Assembly: GCA_963782055.1 (NCBI GenBank)
Contig: CAWAIF010000003.1
Location: 6,939,165 to 7,003,164, forward strand
DNA length: 64,000 nt
Origin: an uncultured delta proteobacterium
GTDB lineage: Bacteria > Myxococcota_A > Polyangia > Polyangiales > Polyangiaceae
Direction of reading: 5' to 3'
In this document: in pieces, positions 49,497 to 59,643 of the stretch
Position numbering within the stretch: position 1 is the first letter of the stretch
Layout of the letters: each line of letters opens with the position of its first letter
The notes under the pieces: model-generated
The model's database searches: none
What the model was told of the DNA's origin: nothing
Seen by the model: only the letters and a program-made list of their open reading frames with translations
Position numbers and translations under genes: made by a program

Positions 49497-49511
49497 TGGC
49501 ACGGCGAATGC
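49497..49511 (+). promoter_or_regulatory. Sigma-54-like promoter of the CBS gene
   Basis: TGGCAC-GGCGA-ATGC. Confidence 0.55.
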
Positions 49512-49560
49512 TGCACCTACAGCGGAACACACGAACGACACCTCAAGCCGAGGAGATATC

Positions 49561-50064
49561 ATGCTCGTCGAACAACTCATGAATCGCAGCGTGTCGACCT
49601 GCCGGGGCGACCACCTGCTCGACTGCACCGCCCACATCATGTGGGAGCACGACTGCGGCGTCGTCCCCATCGTGGACGAGCTGGATCGCGTCGTCGGCAT
49701 CGTCACCGACCGCGACATCTGCCTCGCCGCCTACGCGCAGGGCCGGCCCATCGCCGAGATCGACGCCGCCAGCGTGATGTCCGCCCACGTCCACGCCTGC
49801 CACCCCGACGACTCGGTGGAGCGCGCGGAGCAGGTGATGCGCGCGCAGCGCATCCGCCGCCTGCCGGTCACCGACGTGAGCGGGCGGCTGCTGGGGTTGC
49901 TCTCCCTGAGCGACATCGCCCGCCACCTGCACTTCGTCGGCACGCCCACCTCGCGCGGACTCGATCCGCAGGACGTGTCGCTCACCCTGGAGGCGGTGTC
50001 GCGGCCGGTCCGCCAGGTCGTCACGCCGGACCAGCCGTCGGTCACCCTGCACCTGGAGAAGTGA
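49561..50064 (+). CDS. CBS domain protein
   Basis: MWEHDCGVVP, GIVTDRDI, IRRLPV; AGGAG SD. Confidence 0.92.
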   Translation: MLVEQLMNRSVSTCRGDHLLDCTAHIMWEHDCGVVPIVDELDRVVGIVTDRDICLAAYAQGRPIAEIDAASVMSAHVHACHPDDSVERAEQVMRAQRIRRLPVTDVSGRLLGLLSLSDIARHLHFVGTPTSRGLDPQDVSLTLEAVSRPVRQVVTPDQPSVTLHLEK

Positions 50065-50185
50065 TCGCGCGCGAACATCATGCGCATCGCCGCAACGGGT
50101 GCCTGGTCTGGAGCCACCCGCGCGGCGAAGGATGCGTGCGGACCGTTCGTTGCCTCCAGCCCACGTCAAGCCAAAGGAGAGAGCC

Positions 50186-50644
50186 ATGAACACGACGCAA
50201 GAGGCCGAGGCCGTGGAGGCGGGCCGCCGCTGGGCGGAGGAGAAGGCCGACGCGCGGGAGGGCACGCGGGCGGAGGACTGGCCGGTGGAGTGGGACCCCG
50301 CCTGGGCCGGCGAGCTCCACGTGACGGGCAAGCGCGCGGACGGGCCGATGCTCGTCGCGCTCGTGGATCGCGCCAACCGTGAGGCCGCCGCGCGCTGGCT
50401 GGAGATCGTGGAGGCGCGGCGCGAGGAGCAGGACACGCGGGCAGAGGGGGAGGAGCTGGAGGCGGGCGCGGTGAAGCTCTACGAGACACTGCGACGCCAC
50501 ACGCCGGAGGGGCTGAGCCTCGGCCGCGAGGGCGCGCGCGTCTTCCTGCAGGACGTGGAGGACGCGAGCGAGGTGAGCGTGTCGTCGATCGTCGAGGCGC
50601 TACGCGCCATCGACGAGTGGCAGGGGCGGCACGTGGGTCATTGA
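50186..50644 (+). CDS. Hypothetical protein
   Basis: AAGGAG SD; typical codon usage. Confidence 0.7.
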   Translation: MNTTQEAEAVEAGRRWAEEKADAREGTRAEDWPVEWDPAWAGELHVTGKRADGPMLVALVDRANREAAARWLEIVEARREEQDTRAEGEELEAGAVKLYETLRRHTPEGLSLGREGARVFLQDVEDASEVSVSSIVEALRAIDEWQGRHVGH

Positions 50645-50747
50645 GCCGCCGTCCGGGCTCCGGTCCTGCGACGCGCACGCATTGTGGTCTGACGCACGGC
50701 TTGCGCGCCCTTCGCGGCAATCGCACCCCGCGCTCGGCATTTCCTCC

Positions 50748-50762
50748 GGGCACGGCGATTGC
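50748..50762 (+). promoter_or_regulatory. Sigma-54 promoter of the usp-hppA genes
   Basis: GGGCAC-GGCGA-TTGC. Confidence 0.6.
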
Positions 50763-50775
50763 TCCGAAAGAGCTC

Positions 50776-51279
50776 ATGGGCCACATCAAGAACATTTTGG
50801 TTCCGATTGACGGCTCGCCCGCCTCGGCCGCGGCGCTCTCCCAGGCGGTCATGCTCGCCGGAGACATCAAGGGCAAGGTGGACGTGCTTCACGTGGAGGG
50901 GCCCGACCAGTTCGAGGTCGGCTCGTCCACCTCGAGCTCCAAGGCCGCCCGGGAGGAGGCGGGGCGGCTGATGACGGAGGCCATCGCGGAGGCGGAGCTG
51001 CGCCTCGGCGAGCACCTGCGCCGGCGCACGGTGTCGGGCGATCCGCTGCGCGTCATCCTGGATCAGGCGACGGCGGAGAAGGCCGACCTCATCGTGATCG
51101 GCACGCACGGGCGCATCGGCCGGCTTCACTCCCTGATCGGGAGCGTCGCCGAGGCCGTCGTGCGCAGCGCGCCGTGCCCGGTGATGACCGTCCGCCGCGC
51201 GGACGGCGCCGAAGAGTCCTTCTCCGAGCGCATCCACGGAAGGGACGCGCTCGCCGACCAGACTCGCACGCCGCGATGA
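50776..51279 (+). CDS. Universal stress protein
   Basis: ILVPIDGS, DLIVIGTHGR, GSVAEAVVRSAPCPV. Confidence 0.92.
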   Translation: MGHIKNILVPIDGSPASAAALSQAVMLAGDIKGKVDVLHVEGPDQFEVGSSTSSSKAAREEAGRLMTEAIAEAELRLGEHLRRRTVSGDPLRVILDQATAEKADLIVIGTHGRIGRLHSLIGSVAEAVVRSAPCPVMTVRRADGAEESFSERIHGRDALADQTRTPR

Positions 51280-51337
51280 ACGCCCCCAGCGCCCGCGGCA
51301 CCCCGCGGGCGCGACGCCTCCGGGTCGAGGTGCGCTG

Positions 51338-53485
51338 ATGCCAGCCGCGGCGGGGTGGGTGGTGTTCGTCGTCGCCGCGTGCGTGGTGTCGCTCGCGGCC
51401 GCGGGCGTCCTCGCGCGGCGCGTGCTCGCCGCGGGCACGGGCACGGAGGAGATCCGGGAGGTGGCGGGTGCGGTGCGCGAAGGGGCGCACGCCTTCCTGC
51501 GGCGGCAGTACCGGACGGTGGCGTGGCTGGTGCTCGGCCTCGCGGTGCTCGTCTTCACGCTGTACTTCTTCGGAGAGGGGCGCGAGCTGGCGATCAAGAC
51601 CACCATCGCCTTCTGCGCCGGCGCGGTGTGCTCCGGCGCGGCCGGTTACTGGGGGATGTTCCTGTCGCTGCGCGCGAACGAGCGCGTGGCGAACGCGGCG
51701 CGCACCAGCGTGGACGCGGCGCTCCGGCTGGCGCTGCGCGGGGGCGCGGCCGCGGGCATCGCCGTCTCGGCGAGCTCGCTCGCCGGCGTCACGCTGCTCT
51801 TCGTCGCCTTCGGCGGCCTCGCGGCGCCACAGACGAGCCCGCACCAGATCGTCGGCTTCGCCTTCGGCGCGAGCTTCGTCGCGCTGTTCGCGCAGCTCGG
51901 CGGGGGGATCTACACCAAGGCGGCCGACGTGGGTGCGGACCTCGTCGGGAAGGTGGAGTCGAACATCCCGGAGGACGACGCACGCAACCCGGCGGTGATC
52001 GCCGACCTGGTGGGCGACAACGTCGGCGACTGCGCCGGCCGCGGGGCCGACCTCTTCGAGTCGGTGGCGGCGGAGAACGTGGGCGCGATGATCCTCGGCG
52101 TGGCGCTGCTCCCGCGCTTCGGCGCGGGGGGCGTGCTCTTCCCGCTGGCGGTCGGCGCCTTCGGGTTGCTCGCGTCGATCGCCGGCGTGCTCGTGGTGCG
52201 CATGCGCGACGACGCGGAGGACCCCATGTCCGCCATGACGCGCGGCTACCTCGTCACCACGGTGCTCGCGGCGGCGGGGCTCTACGTGGCGGCGCGCTTC
52301 CTGCTGGGCGGCAACGTGTGGCTGCTCGGCGCCGGCGTCGCGGGGCTCGCCGCCAGCTTCGCCTTCGCCAGCATCGCGCGCTACTACACCTCGCGCACGC
52401 GGAGGCCGGTGCGGTCCATCGCGCGGAGCTCGGTCACCGGGGCCGCGACGAACGTGCTGGCCGGCCTCGCCGTCGGCCTGGAGTCCACCGCGCTGCCGGT
52501 GCTCGCCATCTCGGCGGCGCTCCTCGTCGCGTACTACTGCGGCCTGCACGGCCTGCCAGGCGTCCCGGGCGCGGGTGTGTACGGCACCGCCGTCGCCACC
52601 AGCGGGATGCTCTCCACCGTCGCGTACGTGCTCTCCATGGACATGTTCGGCCCCATCTCCGACAACGCCGGGGGCCTGGTGGAGATGTCCGGAGAGCCGG
52701 CGGAGGTGCGCGCGCGGACCGACACGCTGGACGCGGCGGGCAACACCACCAAGGCGCTCACCAAGGGCTACGCCATTGGCTCGGCGGCGCTGGCGGCCTT
52801 CCTCCTCTTCTCCGCGTACCGCGACCAGATCACCCTCCTGGCGCAGGCCAAGCTCCACGCCCTCGGCGATCCCCGCTGGGCCGCCTTCCGCTTCGAGCGC
52901 GTGGACATCGGGAAGCTACCGGTGTTCATCGCCGCGCTCCTGGGCGGGATGGCCGTCTTCGCCTTCAGCGCGCTCGCCATCCGCGCGGTGGCGCGCGACG
53001 CCCACCGGGTCATCGAGGAGGTGCGGCGGCAGTTCCGCGAGCGCCCGGGGATCCTGGACGGGACGGCGCGCCCGGATTACGGCCGGTGTGTCGACATCGT
53101 CACCGTGGGCGCGCTCGAGGGCATGATCGCGCCAGGCCTGCTCGCGCTGTGCGCGCCGGTGGTGGTGGGCGTGCTCTTCCAGCGGCTGGCCACGCGGGGG
53201 GACGAGACGCTGGGAGCGGAGGCTGTCGGCGCGGTGCTCATGGTCGGCACCATCGTGGGCGTGCTGCTCGCGCTGGTCATGAACACCAGCGGGGGCGCGT
53301 GGGACAACGCGAAGAAGCACGTGGAGTCGGGGGAGCTCGGGGGCAAGGCGGGCGGCGCGTACAAGGCGGCGGTGGTCGGCGACACGGTGGGCGATCCGCT
53401 GAAGGACACCGCGGGGCCCTCGCTGCACATCCTCATCAAGCTGCTCGGGACCGTCTCGCTCGTGGCGGCGCCGCTCTTCGTCTGA
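51338..53485 (+). CDS. hppA: Membrane-bound pyrophosphatase, probably K+-independent H+-PPase
   Basis: GGGIYTKAADVGADLVGKVE, DNVGDC, GNTTKA, GGAWDNAKK, GDTVGDPLKDTAGP. Confidence 0.95.
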   Translation: MPAAAGWVVFVVAACVVSLAAAGVLARRVLAAGTGTEEIREVAGAVREGAHAFLRRQYRTVAWLVLGLAVLVFTLYFFGEGRELAIKTTIAFCAGAVCSGAAGYWGMFLSLRANERVANAARTSVDAALRLALRGGAAAGIAVSASSLAGVTLLFVAFGGLAAPQTSPHQIVGFAFGASFVALFAQLGGGIYTKAADVGADLVGKVESNIPEDDARNPAVIADLVGDNVGDCAGRGADLFESVAAENVGAMILGVALLPRFGAGGVLFPLAVGAFGLLASIAGVLVVRMRDDAEDPMSAMTRGYLVTTVLAAAGLYVAARFLLGGNVWLLGAGVAGLAASFAFASIARYYTSRTRRPVRSIARSSVTGAATNVLAGLAVGLESTALPVLAISAALLVAYYCGLHGLPGVPGAGVYGTAVATSGMLSTVAYVLSMDMFGPISDNAGGLVEMSGEPAEVRARTDTLDAAGNTTKALTKGYAIGSAALAAFLLFSAYRDQITLLAQAKLHALGDPRWAAFRFERVDIGKLPVFIAALLGGMAVFAFSALAIRAVARDAHRVIEEVRRQFRERPGILDGTARPDYGRCVDIVTVGALEGMIAPGLLALCAPVVVGVLFQRLATRGDETLGAEAVGAVLMVGTIVGVLLALVMNTSGGAWDNAKKHVESGELGGKAGGAYKAAVVGDTVGDPLKDTAGPSLHILIKLLGTVSLVAAPLFV

Positions 53486-53612
53486 GCTGGCCGGGCGTCG
53501 CCGGCGCGCGCCCCCGAAGACGGTGCGCGCCACGCGCAGGGGGTGCGATCCGGGGACCGCCGGCGCTTCCGCCCCTTGCGCGATGTGGCGCGGTCCGGGA
53601 AGGGAGAGAGCA

Positions 53613-53627
53613 TGGCGTAGCGATTGC
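53613..53627 (+). promoter_or_regulatory. Sigma-54 promoter of the mla-type operon
   Basis: TGGCGT-AGCGA-TTGC. Confidence 0.6.
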
Positions 53628-53643
53628 TCTACCGCAGGGGCAG

Positions 53644-54750
53644 ATGCTCGCCGAGTCGCAAGTCGTGCGCCGTGACGGCAAGCTCGTCCTCGCCGGCGAG
53701 CTTCGGATGGCCGACGCGACCGCCGTCTGGCGCCGGCTGCGCGACCTCTCGGCCCCCCGCGCCCCGCGCCTGGACATCGATCTGGGCCAGGCGGAGGTGG
53801 TCGACGGCGCGGTGATGTCCCTCCTGGTCGAGCTCCGCGCCGAGCTCGCCGGGCGCGGCGTCGCGTGCGACGTGGTGTCCGTCCCGCCGCACCTCGAGCC
53901 CATCGCCCACCTCTTCGGCGCCGACGAGGCGCCACACACCGCACCCACGCCGGTCCGCGAGGGCGCCATCGAGCGGCTCGGCCGCTCCACCGCGGGGGTC
54001 GGCGCCAGCCTCCGGAGGCTGGTGGACTTCCTCGGTGAGCTGGTCCACTCCCTGGCGCGCGCCGCGCGCATGCCGGGCACCGCCAACTGGCGCGAGGTGG
54101 CGACGCTCTCCGCGCGCGCCGGGGCCGACGGCGTCCCCATCGTGCTGCTGCTCAACTTCCTGGTGGGCTTCGTCATGGGCTTCCAGTCCGCCCGGCAGCT
54201 CCGCGTCTACGGCGCCAACGTCTACGTCGCCGACGTGGTCGGGATCTCGGTCACCCGCGAGCTCGGTCCCCTCATGACGGCGATCATCATGAGCGGCCGG
54301 TCCGGCGCCTCCTACGCGGCGGAGCTCGGCACCATGCGCGTCACCGAGGAGATCGACGCCCTGCGCACGATGGGGTTCGCCCCGGGGCCGTACCTCATCC
54401 TCCCGCGCGTGGCGGCGCTCGCCATCGTCGCCCCCGTCCTCACCTTGCTGGGCTCGGTCGTCGGGGTCATCGGCGGCATGGTCGTGGGGGTGGGCATGGG
54501 CGTGAGCGCGCGCGGCTACCTCGCCGAGCTCCAGACGGCGGTGATGCCGTCCGACGTGTGGACCGGCCTCGTCAAGAGCGTGGCGTTCGGGATCGCCATC
54601 GCCCTCATCGGCTGCCAGCAGGGGTTCGCCACCCGTGGCGCGGCGGAGGGCGTGGGCCGCAGCACCACCACCACGGTCGTCGTGTGCCTGTTCGCGATCG
54701 TCATCATCGACACCATCTTCACGGTCCTCTTTCGAGCGTACGGACAGTGA
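53644..54750 (+). CDS. mlaE: MlaE-family ABC permease with N-terminal STAS-like domain
   Basis: RELGPLMTAII..GRSG.S.AAELGTM..TEEIDAL. Confidence 0.9.
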   Translation: MLAESQVVRRDGKLVLAGELRMADATAVWRRLRDLSAPRAPRLDIDLGQAEVVDGAVMSLLVELRAELAGRGVACDVVSVPPHLEPIAHLFGADEAPHTAPTPVREGAIERLGRSTAGVGASLRRLVDFLGELVHSLARAARMPGTANWREVATLSARAGADGVPIVLLLNFLVGFVMGFQSARQLRVYGANVYVADVVGISVTRELGPLMTAIIMSGRSGASYAAELGTMRVTEEIDALRTMGFAPGPYLILPRVAALAIVAPVLTLLGSVVGVIGGMVVGVGMGVSARGYLAELQTAVMPSDVWTGLVKSVAFGIAIALIGCQQGFATRGAAEGVGRSTTTTVVVCLFAIVIIDTIFTVLFRAYGQ

Positions 54751-55493
54751 CCCCCGGCAAGCCCGTCATCCAGGCGCGTGACGTCTCCATCGGGTGGAGC
54801 CGGGAGGCCGTGTTGCTGGAGCACGCCAGCTTCGACATCCGCCAGGGGGAGATCTTCGGCATCCTCGGCCGGAGCGCGTGCGGCAAGACCACCCTGCTGC
54901 GCGTCCTCATCGGCCTGGAGGAGCCGCTGGACGGCCAGCTGACGATCTCCGGCATCGGCCGCCCGTCGCTGACCGCCGGGCGGCCTTCCTTCGGCGTCAT
55001 GTTCCAGCAGGGCGCGCTCTTCGGCTCGATGACCGTCGGGCAGAACGTCGCCCTCGTCCTGGAGCGGTGGACCGATCTGCCGCCGGCGGCGATCCGCGCC
55101 ATCGTCAGCGCCAAGCTCCGCCTCGTCGGCCTGCAGAACACCGAGCACCAGATGCCGTCCACCCTCTCCGGCGGCATGCGCAAGCGGGCGGCCATCGCGC
55201 GCGCGCTGGCGCTCGAGCCGTCGCTCCTCTTCTTCGACGAGCCCTCGTCGGGTCTCGACCCCGTCACCTCCGCGGAGATCGACCGGCTCATCGTCACCCT
55301 CGCGCGGGTGCTCGGCCTGACCGTCGTGCTCGTCACCCACGAGCTGGGGAGCATCCACGCGATCGTCGACCGGTGCATCATGCTGGACAGCAAGACGAGG
55401 AGCATCCTCGCCACCGGCTCCCCGGCGGAGCTGCGGAGCAGCCCCGAGCCCCGGGTGCAGCACTTCTTCAACCGCCAGCCGGAGGCGACGTGA
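54747..55493 (+). CDS. mlaF: MlaF-type ABC ATP-binding protein
   Basis: GRSACGKT, LSGGMRKR, FFDEPSSGLDP. Confidence 0.9.
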   Translation: MTPGKPVIQARDVSIGWSREAVLLEHASFDIRQGEIFGILGRSACGKTTLLRVLIGLEEPLDGQLTISGIGRPSLTAGRPSFGVMFQQGALFGSMTVGQNVALVLERWTDLPPAAIRAIVSAKLRLVGLQNTEHQMPSTLSGGMRKRAAIARALALEPSLLFFDEPSSGLDPVTSAEIDRLIVTLARVLGLTVVLVTHELGSIHAIVDRCIMLDSKTRSILATGSPAELRSSPEPRVQHFFNRQPEAT

Positions 55494-56431
55494 TGGCCGC
55501 TTCGTCCGCACACTTCAAGCTCGGCCTCTTCACGCTCCTGGCCATCGTGGCCGCCGTGCTCGCCGCCTTCGGCCTGGGGCTGCACGGCGTGCGCGCCAAG
55601 ACGACGGCCTTCCACACCTACTTCGACGAGTCGGTGCAGGGCCTCGACGTGGGCGCGCCCGTCAAGTACCGCGGCGTGCCCATCGGCACCATCGACGGCA
55701 TCGCGGTGGCGAAGGACGACAGGCACGTGGAGGTCGTCATGGGCCTCAACCGCGAGCGCGTGCAGGCGCTCGGCCTGGTGAAGTCCGCGCCCACCCTGCG
55801 CGCCCAGCTCGGCACGCAGGGGATCACCGGCGTGAAGTTCGTCGACATCGACATCTTCGATCCGAAGCTCTACCCGGCGCCGGCGCTGCCCTTTCCGCCC
55901 GCGGAGCCGTACATCCCGGCCGCGCCCTCCGTCCTGGACGCGATGGTGAAGAACCTGGCAACGGTGGGCCAGCAGCTCCCTGCGCTGGTGGACGTGATGA
56001 CCTCCACGCTGCGCAAGGTGGACGACGTGCTCGGCGACATGAAGGACCAGCGCCTCGCCGAGCGCGTGGCGAAGCTCATCGACGGCGTCGACGCCACGGT
56101 GGCGGACCTGCACCGCACCGTCGGCCAGCTGGACAGGGCGCGCATCCCGGAGAAGACGGCCGCCGCGCTGGACAACCTGTCCGACGCGCTCGCCAAGGTG
56201 AACGGCGTGCTGGACCAGGTGGGCGGGGACGGCGGGCTGGTCGCCAGCACGCAGCGCGCCAGCAACGCCATCGACGAGCTGGGCCGCACCACGACGAGCT
56301 CCGCGCGCGAGGCCGGCCAGACGCTGCGCGATCTGGACCAGGCGGCGCAGGCGCTCCGCACCCTGGCCGACGCCGTCGATCGCGATCCGCAGATGCTCCT
56401 CGTGGGCCACGCGCAGGTGAGGGAGCCATGA
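55493..56431 (+). CDS. mlaD: MlaD/MCE family protein
   Basis: SVQGLDVGAPVKYRGV; helical C-terminus. Confidence 0.9.
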   Translation: MAASSAHFKLGLFTLLAIVAAVLAAFGLGLHGVRAKTTAFHTYFDESVQGLDVGAPVKYRGVPIGTIDGIAVAKDDRHVEVVMGLNRERVQALGLVKSAPTLRAQLGTQGITGVKFVDIDIFDPKLYPAPALPFPPAEPYIPAAPSVLDAMVKNLATVGQQLPALVDVMTSTLRKVDDVLGDMKDQRLAERVAKLIDGVDATVADLHRTVGQLDRARIPEKTAAALDNLSDALAKVNGVLDQVGGDGGLVASTQRASNAIDELGRTTTSSAREAGQTLRDLDQAAQALRTLADAVDRDPQMLLVGHAQVREP

Positions 56432-57015
56432 GAGCCCGGCTGCTCGCGTGCGTCGCCTGTCTCGCGGGATGCTCGCTCGTCTCGCGGGCGCCGCCGATGG
56501 AGGTCCGATACTTCTCGCCGGAGCCGGCGACCTCGGCCGACGCCGACCCGCCCCCACCCGCCGGCGACCCGCCGCCGCTGCAGCTCGGCGACCTGCGCGC
56601 GGGCGCCAACCTGCGCGAGCGCATCGTCTACCGCAAGTCGCCGGTGGAGGTCGGCAAGTACCAGTCGCTGCGCTGGACCGACGACCCGGTCGTGTACGTG
56701 CGCCACTCCCTCTCCCGCGCGCTCTTCGCGCGCCACCGCGCCGACCAGGTGCTGGGTGGGCCCGCGCCCTCCCTGGACGTGGACGTGCTCGCCTTCGAGG
56801 TGCGCCAGCACGACGGCGCGTGGTCGGGCCGGGTGCAGCTCCACTACCGGCTGCGACAGGCGAGCAGCGTGATGGCCGAGGGGGTGATCACCCGGGAGCA
56901 GCCGGCGGCCGCCACCGACTTCGACGGGGCCGTGGCCGCGGTCGGCGTGGCGATGGACGCGGCGACGGAGAAGGTGGCGGCGGACGTCGCAGCCCGGCTG
57001 GTGGCGAAGCGGTGA
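56428..57015 (+). CDS. ABC-type transport auxiliary lipoprotein (PqiC-like)
   Basis: Lipobox LAGC; IVYR...RW.D.P; operon position. Confidence 0.8.
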   Translation: MRARLLACVACLAGCSLVSRAPPMEVRYFSPEPATSADADPPPPAGDPPPLQLGDLRAGANLRERIVYRKSPVEVGKYQSLRWTDDPVVYVRHSLSRALFARHRADQVLGGPAPSLDVDVLAFEVRQHDGAWSGRVQLHYRLRQASSVMAEGVITREQPAAATDFDGAVAAVGVAMDAATEKVAADVAARLVAKR

Positions 57016-57034
57016 ACCGTGTAGTCAGCAGGGG

Positions 57035-58030
57035 ATGATCTCCGTCCGCGGCCTGCACAAGCACTACCGGGTGCACAAGCGCGCCTCGGGCCTGCGCGCG
57101 GCGATCGGCTCGCTGCTGCACCGGGAGTACACCACGGTGCGCGCCGTCGACGGCATCGACTTCGAGATCCGCCCGCACGAGCGGGTGGGCTTCCTCGGGC
57201 CGAACGGCGCGGGCAAGACGACGACGCTGAAGGTCCTCTCCGGCCTGCTGCACCCCACCTCCGGCGAGGTGCGGGTGGACGGGCACGAGCCGCGCCGCCG
57301 GCAGGAGGCGTTCCTGCGCAAGATCACCCTGGTGCTCGGGCAGAAGCAGCAGCTGCTCTGGGACCTGCCCCCGTCGGAGACGTTCGAGCTGAATCGCGCC
57401 ATCTACGGCGTGGACCGCGCCGAGTTCACCGGGCGGCTCGGCGAGCTGGTGGAGCTGCTGGAGATCGGCGACGTGATCAAGCGGCCGACGCGGCAGCTCT
57501 CCCTCGGCGAGCGGATGAAGTGCGAGCTCGCGGCGGCGCTGGTGCACGGGCCGAAGCTCCTCTTCCTGGACGAGCCGACGATCGGCCTGGACGTCGCGAT
57601 GCAGGCCACGCTGCGCAGCTTCATCCGGACGTACAACGAGCAGCGGGGGGCGACCATCCTGCTCACCAGCCACAACATGGCGGACGTGGCGATGCTGTGC
57701 CCGCGCGTCATCCTGATCGACCACGGCAAGCTCGTCTTCGACGGGCCGCTGGAGGACCTGGTGCGCAAGACGCGCCCGGAGAAGCAGGTGACGCTGCGGC
57801 TGGCGGAGCCGGCGGACGCCGCGGCGCTCGCCGGGCTGGGCGCGGTGGTCCGCCACACGGCGGCGTCGGCGGTGCTGCGCGTCCCGCAGACGGAGGTGAG
57901 CCGCGTGGTCGCGCGGGCCCTCGCGTCGCTCGCGGTGGCCGACCTGGACGTCACCGACCCGCCGCTGGAGGAGGTGATGGCGGATGTGTTCGGGCGGACT
58001 CGCCAGGGCGCCCCGGAGGCGAAGGCGTGA
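57035..58030 (+). CDS. ABC transporter ATP-binding protein
   Basis: GPNGAGKT, QLLWDLP, LSLGERMKCEL, DEPTIGLD. Confidence 0.92.
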   Translation: MISVRGLHKHYRVHKRASGLRAAIGSLLHREYTTVRAVDGIDFEIRPHERVGFLGPNGAGKTTTLKVLSGLLHPTSGEVRVDGHEPRRRQEAFLRKITLVLGQKQQLLWDLPPSETFELNRAIYGVDRAEFTGRLGELVELLEIGDVIKRPTRQLSLGERMKCELAAALVHGPKLLFLDEPTIGLDVAMQATLRSFIRTYNEQRGATILLTSHNMADVAMLCPRVILIDHGKLVFDGPLEDLVRKTRPEKQVTLRLAEPADAAALAGLGAVVRHTAASAVLRVPQTEVSRVVARALASLAVADLDVTDPPLEEVMADVFGRTRQGAPEAKA

Positions 58031-58830
58031 GTGTTCGCGCCTCGGTCCGGGCGCTTCCCACGCTGCTGCGCATCGGGGTGTCGGAGGCGGTGGCCTACCG
58101 CGCGGAGATGCTGGTGTGGGTCGCCGCGACGACGATGCCGCTGGTCATGCTGGCGCTCTGGCACGCCGTCGCGCGCACCGCGCCCGTCGGCCGCTTCGGG
58201 GGCCAGCAGTTCGTCGCCTACTTCCTGGCGATGTTCGTGGTGCGCCAGCTCACCGGCTCCTGGGTGGTGTGGCTGATCAACAGCGAGGTGCGCGACGGCA
58301 CGCTGGCGCTGCGCCTCTTGCGTCCCATCCACCCGCTGCTCGCCTACGCCACCTCCAGCCTCGCGGAGCTCCCGGTGCGGGGGCTGCTCGCGGTGCCGCT
58401 CGCGTGCGTGGCGCTGTGGGTCTTCGCCGGCGCGCAGCTCACGCGCGACCCGCTGCTCTGGGCGGCGTGGGCGGCGTCGGTCGTCGGAGCGTGGCTCATC
58501 ACCCTCGCCGCCAACTGCGCCATCGGGTGCCTCGCGCTCTTCATCGAGAGCAGCAGCAAGGTGATGGACGCGTGGCTGGCGCTCTACTTCGTGCTGAGCG
58601 GGTACATCGTCCCCGTCGAGCTGTTCCCGCACCGCATGCGCGCGGTCATCGACTGGCTCCCCTTCCGCTACCAGCTCGGGCTGCCGGTGGAGCTGATGAC
58701 GGGCGCGCACGGGCACGCCGAGGCGGTGTCGTTGCTCGCGCGGCAGTGGGGGATGGTCGCGGTGATGTTCGCGTTGGTGGCCGTGGTGTGGCGGCAGGGC
58801 GTGCGGCGCTTCGACGCGTACGGAGGATGA
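58027..58830 (+). CDS. ABC-2 family permease
   Basis: VRDGTLALRLLRP, LSG..VP..FP, WLPF. Confidence 0.88.
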   Translation: MSVRASVRALPTLLRIGVSEAVAYRAEMLVWVAATTMPLVMLALWHAVARTAPVGRFGGQQFVAYFLAMFVVRQLTGSWVVWLINSEVRDGTLALRLLRPIHPLLAYATSSLAELPVRGLLAVPLACVALWVFAGAQLTRDPLLWAAWAASVVGAWLITLAANCAIGCLALFIESSSKVMDAWLALYFVLSGYIVPVELFPHRMRAVIDWLPFRYQLGLPVELMTGAHGHAEAVSLLARQWGMVAVMFALVAVVWRQGVRRFDAYGG

Positions 58831-59621
58831 AGGTGCGCGGCTACCCCGGCTTGCTGTGGCTGCAGCTCCGCACCTCGATCGCGCTGGCGATGCAGTACCG
58901 CGCGGACTTCGTGACCGACGGGCTCACCGAGATCTTCTGGACGGTGACGGCGATCGTGCCGCTCTTCGTGGTGTACGGCGACCGGGCGAGCGTCGCGGGC
59001 TGGAGCTTCGGCGAGGCGCTGATGGTCACCGGCTTCTTCACCCTGCTCCAGGCGGTGCTGGAGGGCGCCATCAACCCCGGGATGACGCTGGTGGTGGAGC
59101 AGATCCGCAAGGGGACGTTCGACTTCGTCCTGCTCAAGCCCAGGGACGCGCAGTTCTTGGTGTCCACCGCGCGGGTGCTGCCCTGGCGCGCGGCGAACGT
59201 GCTGACGGCGGGGGCGCTGTTCACTTACGGCTTCGTGCGGCTGGGGCGCACGCCCTCGGCGGGCGACATCGGCGGCGCGGCGCTGCTCTTCGTGGCGGCG
59301 GTGGTCATCCTGTACTCGCTGTGGATGCTGAGCGTCAGCCTGGCCTTCCACGTGGTGAAGATCGACAACCTCACCTTCCTGTTCGGCTCGGTGTTCGACG
59401 CCGCGCGCTGGCCGGCGAGCGTCTTCCGCGGCGTGCTGCACCTCTTCTTCACCTTCGTGGTGCCGCTGGCGGTGATGACGACGTTCCCGGCGAAGGCGCT
59501 GCTCGGCCGGGCGAGCGCGGGGGAGGCGGTGGGCGCGGCGCTGGGGGCGGCGCTGGCGTTCGCGGTCTCGCGCGCGGTGTGGAAGCGGGCGATCCGCTCG
59601 TACACCTCGGCGAGCAGCTGA
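58827..59621 (+). CDS. ABC-2 family permease
   Basis: MQYRADF, IRKGTFDFVLLKP, ARWP..VF. Confidence 0.88.
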   Translation: MKVRGYPGLLWLQLRTSIALAMQYRADFVTDGLTEIFWTVTAIVPLFVVYGDRASVAGWSFGEALMVTGFFTLLQAVLEGAINPGMTLVVEQIRKGTFDFVLLKPRDAQFLVSTARVLPWRAANVLTAGALFTYGFVRLGRTPSAGDIGGAALLFVAAVVILYSLWMLSVSLAFHVVKIDNLTFLFGSVFDAARWPASVFRGVLHLFFTFVVPLAVMTTFPAKALLGRASAGEAVGAALGAALAFAVSRAVWKRAIRSYTSASS

Positions 59622-59643
59622 GGGCTGGGCGGACGCGGGGGCG

